A DNA stretch of 63,999 bases, counting the filler, from Gonapodya sp. JEL0774 (Eukaryota): the NCBI GenBank assembly GCA_027604505.1. It is 17 parts of 17 records of this genome, joined end to end, with 100 filler letters (N's around TTAATTAATTAA, not from the genome) between each part and the next. Parts side by side here need not be neighbours in the genome. Positions count along the whole stretch, not along the records: positions 56,722 to 60,387 come from JADIIX010001195.1; positions 60,488 to 63,999 come from JADIIX010001260.1; 15 more parts are not named here. One strand, given 5' to 3'. The translations under genes and the position numbers were made by a program. Below, in pieces: positions 60,261-63,999 of the stretch; within the stretch, counting starts at the first letter, position 1, and each line of letters starts with the position of its first letter. A model generated the notes under the pieces. That model did not search any database. It saw only the letters and a list, made by a program, of their open reading frames with translations, and was not told the origin of the DNA.

Positions 60261-60534
60261 GTCTCCGGAAAGCTCTCTAACCACAGTCTCGGATCAGGAG
60301 GTAAAATAACCGTCCACAATCCTAGCTTATGATCCGTAAATATCCTCCACTATGCTATCAGGGCCTGTAATTATATAAAGCGACCTGNNNNNNNNNNNNN
60401 NNNNNNNNNNNNNNNNNNNNNNNNNNNNNNNTTAATTAATTAANNNNNNNNNNNNNNNNNNNNNNNNNNNNNNNNNNNNNNNNNNNNGGACTAGAGTCGA
60501 AATTCATTTCTTAAGTAAGCATAATATTCTCGGG

Positions 60535-62083
60535 ATGGGATACATGTGTGGAGCGCTACGTCGATGGCTGCACCGACTCATCCCTCATCATCACCAACAC
60601 CGACTGATGGCTTCTGCTTCGAAAAACACACGGGTCCTCATCAACAAGGCTGGTGGGCCGGACAATCTCAAAATCGAAACGATCGATGCGCCAGTTCCGG
60701 CGCCCGGACAAGTGCTCGTCAGGCACCTCGTAGCTGGATTGGGAATGACGGGTGAGTCCCTCTCCTCGACACCCAATTCATTCGCCACAATGGCGGTACT
60801 ATCTTGCAGACTTGGCCGTGATGGGAGGCACATACTTCCGAAAATTTCCATTCCCTCTGGTTCCTGGGTGAGTTGCGCATGCCCGAATTCTACAGCATGG
60901 GAGTTGTCATTGTATAATCTTGGTTCCATGCCAATCTACCACCAGCTATGATTTTATTGGCCGGGTCGAAGAGACAAACCCAACGACACCCATGCCCACC
61001 ACGACCGACGGCCAGCAGCTTTCGGTCGGCGACACTGTGGCCTGCATGCCCAGCCATGGTGCCCTTCAATCCTATTCTCTCCGCGCACCCACCGATCTCG
61101 TCAAGCTTCCTAGCCCGATCTCCTCTCTCGACCCCGCCGCGACCGTCTCGCTCATTCTCAACTACACGACGGCATACTACGGCCTCCACCACTCGCGAGC
61201 AGAGTTTGAGCGGCGTATCACCGAGGCTGAGAGTCAGGGGCGGCAGGTCGTGTGTCTGGTGCAGGCGGCGGCTGGAGGGCTGGGCACGGCCCTTCTTGAC
61301 TTGCTCCGGGTGGAGTTCCCCAAAGTCAAAGTCTACGGGACGTGCAGCGCTTCAAAGCGTGCGGTAGTGGAAGGACTTGGAGCCGAGGCGATCGAGTGAG
61401 TGCTCGCAAGACGTACGAGATGTCAGGCGCGCCGCGGATGCACATGTGATGCCGACAATGGATGTGACATTCATATCCTTGCCTTCGGCAGCTACAAGAC
61501 GACCGACTTCGTCTCGGTCATCAAGTCCAAGACCGGCGACCGGGGCGCCGACGTTATTTTCGACAGCAACGGGGGCCAGATCGCCCTCCGGTGCACATAC
61601 GCCCTGGCCCCCAACGGCCGGCTGATCCTCTTTGGCTTCACCAGCGACAAGTCCGTCGCGGGCACCATCGCGATCGCCCGCACGCTCGTGGGCTCCTACC
61701 TGTCCTTTTGGTCGGCAAAGTCGGCCTACTTCATGGGGATCGTGCTGCACCGCGAGGCTGACGTTGCCAAGTGGAACGGGGTGGTGGTGCGGCTCGTGGA
61801 CATGTGTCGCGAGGGAAAGATCGCTCCACAAGTGGAAGGGTACGTGGGGCTGGAGGACGCAGCAGTGGGGCTCGAATACGTGGCAAAAGGCTTGGTGAGG
61901 AGTAAAATTTGCGTGGCGATTGACGACGAGGTGGTTGAGAGGTGGGTTGAATATGCCCGTACCGGGGAACCGTTTGGCAAGGTTGATGAACGTCTTTGCT
62001 GCTTAAATATGTCTCCGCCACTCGCATCGTTCGATGCTCCAGAGCCAAGAAGGAGGGGAAAATGCTCACTGCCACCGAGTTGA
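60535..62083 (+). CDS. Zinc-independent medium-chain reductase (quinone oxidoreductase/VAT-1-like), multi-exon
   Basis: GGPDNL...P.PAPGQVLV, YDFIGRV, LNYTTAY, LVQAAAGGLGTA, GADVIFDSNGG, LAPNGRLILFG. Confidence 0.88.
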
Positions 62084-63312
62084 AGACGAGGATGTGACCC
62101 CGCACAAGTCTGGGGCCTCAATTGCATATCTTTTGGCACGCACGTTGCTTCCATTGTACCCCTTTATTGAATTTTAATGAATTGACATTTTTCTCTTTTT
62201 CGTGGCTCTTTCACTCCAGTTTCCGGGAGGCGGGATGGTTGACCACGCTATCGCAATTCGAGGACTGATTCATTCGTAGTTGCCCTCGACAACCTGGCTA
62301 GCTTTGGAGGCCTCATTACATCACTGTACACTGTTCTTCACGCCACCACGTGGCTGCGTGAAGTCCAAGGCAGCCGAACATTGTTTGCGTGGTTGGAAAC
62401 CGGAACGGCCTGAGGTCGTTCCTTACTCCATCAAGTCGCAATGGATAGCCATGTCAAAGCCCCACGCAGACATTCGTTCTTGGAACTTTTTGCGAGCGCA
62501 ACGCTGCAAAACCAAAACTATCACGCACTCTTTTTGACCTGTCCCGAATCGCTCAAAGCCTGGTCAAGTGGAGCAGAGGTGAGGTCCAGAGCCACACAGA
62601 GCCCCTTTTCTTTGGAAACATCAGCTAAGAAGGACGCTGATGAGCGATCGGGGTACAGGAAGTGTTGGATTGCGAGAAAGAGTCGGTGCCAGAGATCGAT
62701 TATGTCCGGATCGGGATCAAGGGAACGATTGTAAACGCTTGCAGCATCGCTTAAATCTTTGCGAGCAAGTTTTCGATCCACAAGGTCGAGGAGGAAGCTA
62801 TGGGCTGGGTTCTCCGAAAACGTTGGTGGTTTTGATTATGTGCGTCAAATGTACTTACGTGAGTGCAAGGGTCCTCCGTGGACATCCGGGAATTGCTCCA
62901 CCCACAACTCCACGGAAGAATCACGAGACAGCCGGAACTATAGAGTAGAAGGTTCTGGGAGACAAAAGGCGGAATGCAGCGTGGAGGATTTCGAGTGGAA
63001 TGCATTCGATGGGAGTTATGGTCGGTCGCGGTCGACGTCATAGCGCAACACAGACGCTTCTGAGAGGCGGACGTGTGAGAACGGCGCTTTTATATGAATT
63101 CGCGTGCTCGTTTGAGTGTCCCAGGCTCGGCCGGGTGAATTGTGTTTTCTCGGACTGGGGACCGGTACCTGGGCCTGCAGTACTGGCATGGGCTTCCTCT
63201 TTGCGAATTGCTATGGCGTGTAATCCCAAATCATTTCAAAATACATAAAATGGTATATGGTACAAAAGTACATTCACGCACATCACAACCCATACGCCCC
63301 CGTCTCCTTTCA

Positions 63313-63999
63313 TCACGCCGCCGCCCTCGCCTCTGCCCCGCTCCCCTCCGGAGGTGGCCCCTCTGCCTTCTTTCCCGGAGTCGACCCGTTCAAGTTTATC
63401 CCGTTCGTTTGCTTGATAATCTCCTTGACCTTCTTCACATCCTCCGCCGATGTCACTCCCACACCGGCCTGAGCCGCGGCGGTTCCCGGTCCCGCGGCCA
63501 GGGCGACGTCAAGAGGGGGTGGTGGGGGTTGGGCGTTGAGGATGCCCTCCATGAAGTACCCTGTGACTTCTTCGAGCCACTCTTCGTACGCTTGTTCGAT
63601 ATCGTCGTCCCAGTCGATGTCGTGGTCGAGGGAGAATTCTTCGAGGGCGGGAACTGGGGGGTGTAATGGAACGAGCGCGGGTGGCAAGCGGGGGGGCATT
63701 GGTATATCATCGATGGGATGGAAGTGTGTCGTGGATTATCAGGTGGATCAGGCTCAACGTCACACACAAAGACGTAGGGAAGCTCAAAGAAAGAGAAAGA
63801 GCGAGACGTACCAAGAGATTCTGACACGTTGTGCATGAGTTCGGGGGTGAGGTTATATTTGACGTGTCTAGTGGACAGAGTGGACGTAGTGAAATGGGTG
63901 ATCGGGTCATCAACTTTGCAAAAATCGAAGTACGGCGGGTCGAGTTTTGTCTTACCTTGCGCCGATTCGTCGAATCGTCTCCGCGAAACGATCCAGGTT
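63313..63999 (-). CDS. Hypothetical protein C-terminus; 5' part outside window
   Basis: GC3-rich exon-like ORF with an acidic helix (DDDIEQAYEEWLEEV); family not recognised. Confidence 0.45.

Noticed and set aside
3702..60487. Regularly spaced TTAATTAATTAA palindromes (~every 3.8 kb) as a biological repeat or array
   Set aside because: Always embedded in N runs of fixed length; an assembly linker between size-sorted contigs.

Overview
Eukaryotic DNA, not one locus. It is 17 contig pieces (the 15 complete ones ~3.7 kb, sorted by decreasing length) joined by an artificial 100-nt linker (44 N + TTAATTAATTAA + 44 N), so gene order across linkers is meaningless. Short GT-AG introns, a Crinkler-type nuclease and LRR-TM-SH3 receptor-like genes suggest an early-diverging (zoosporic) fungus; this is inference. 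Most contigs carry ordinary or truncated genes: DSK2, HDDC2, CMC2, HID1, acid phosphatase, TRM7, a P450, importin-7/8, a MATE transporter, FKBP2 and an MDR reductase. There are also pseudogenes and transposon debris, including copia and gypsy fragments, two solo LTRs with perfect 5-bp TSDs, and a young DIRS/Ngaro-type element. The standout is contig 22761-26438, a tightly packed cluster that looks like a piece of a large DNA virus (Nucleocytoviricota-like). It encodes a penton/minor-capsid-like protein, a C1q-like protein, a membrane-anchored lytic-transglycosylase-like enzyme and a RING-TRAF protein. It also holds a spliced 5-exon gene ending 7 bp from the C1q-like ORF, and (CCCAT)n tracts upstream of two genes. 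All family calls are by-eye motif recognition; no searches were run.
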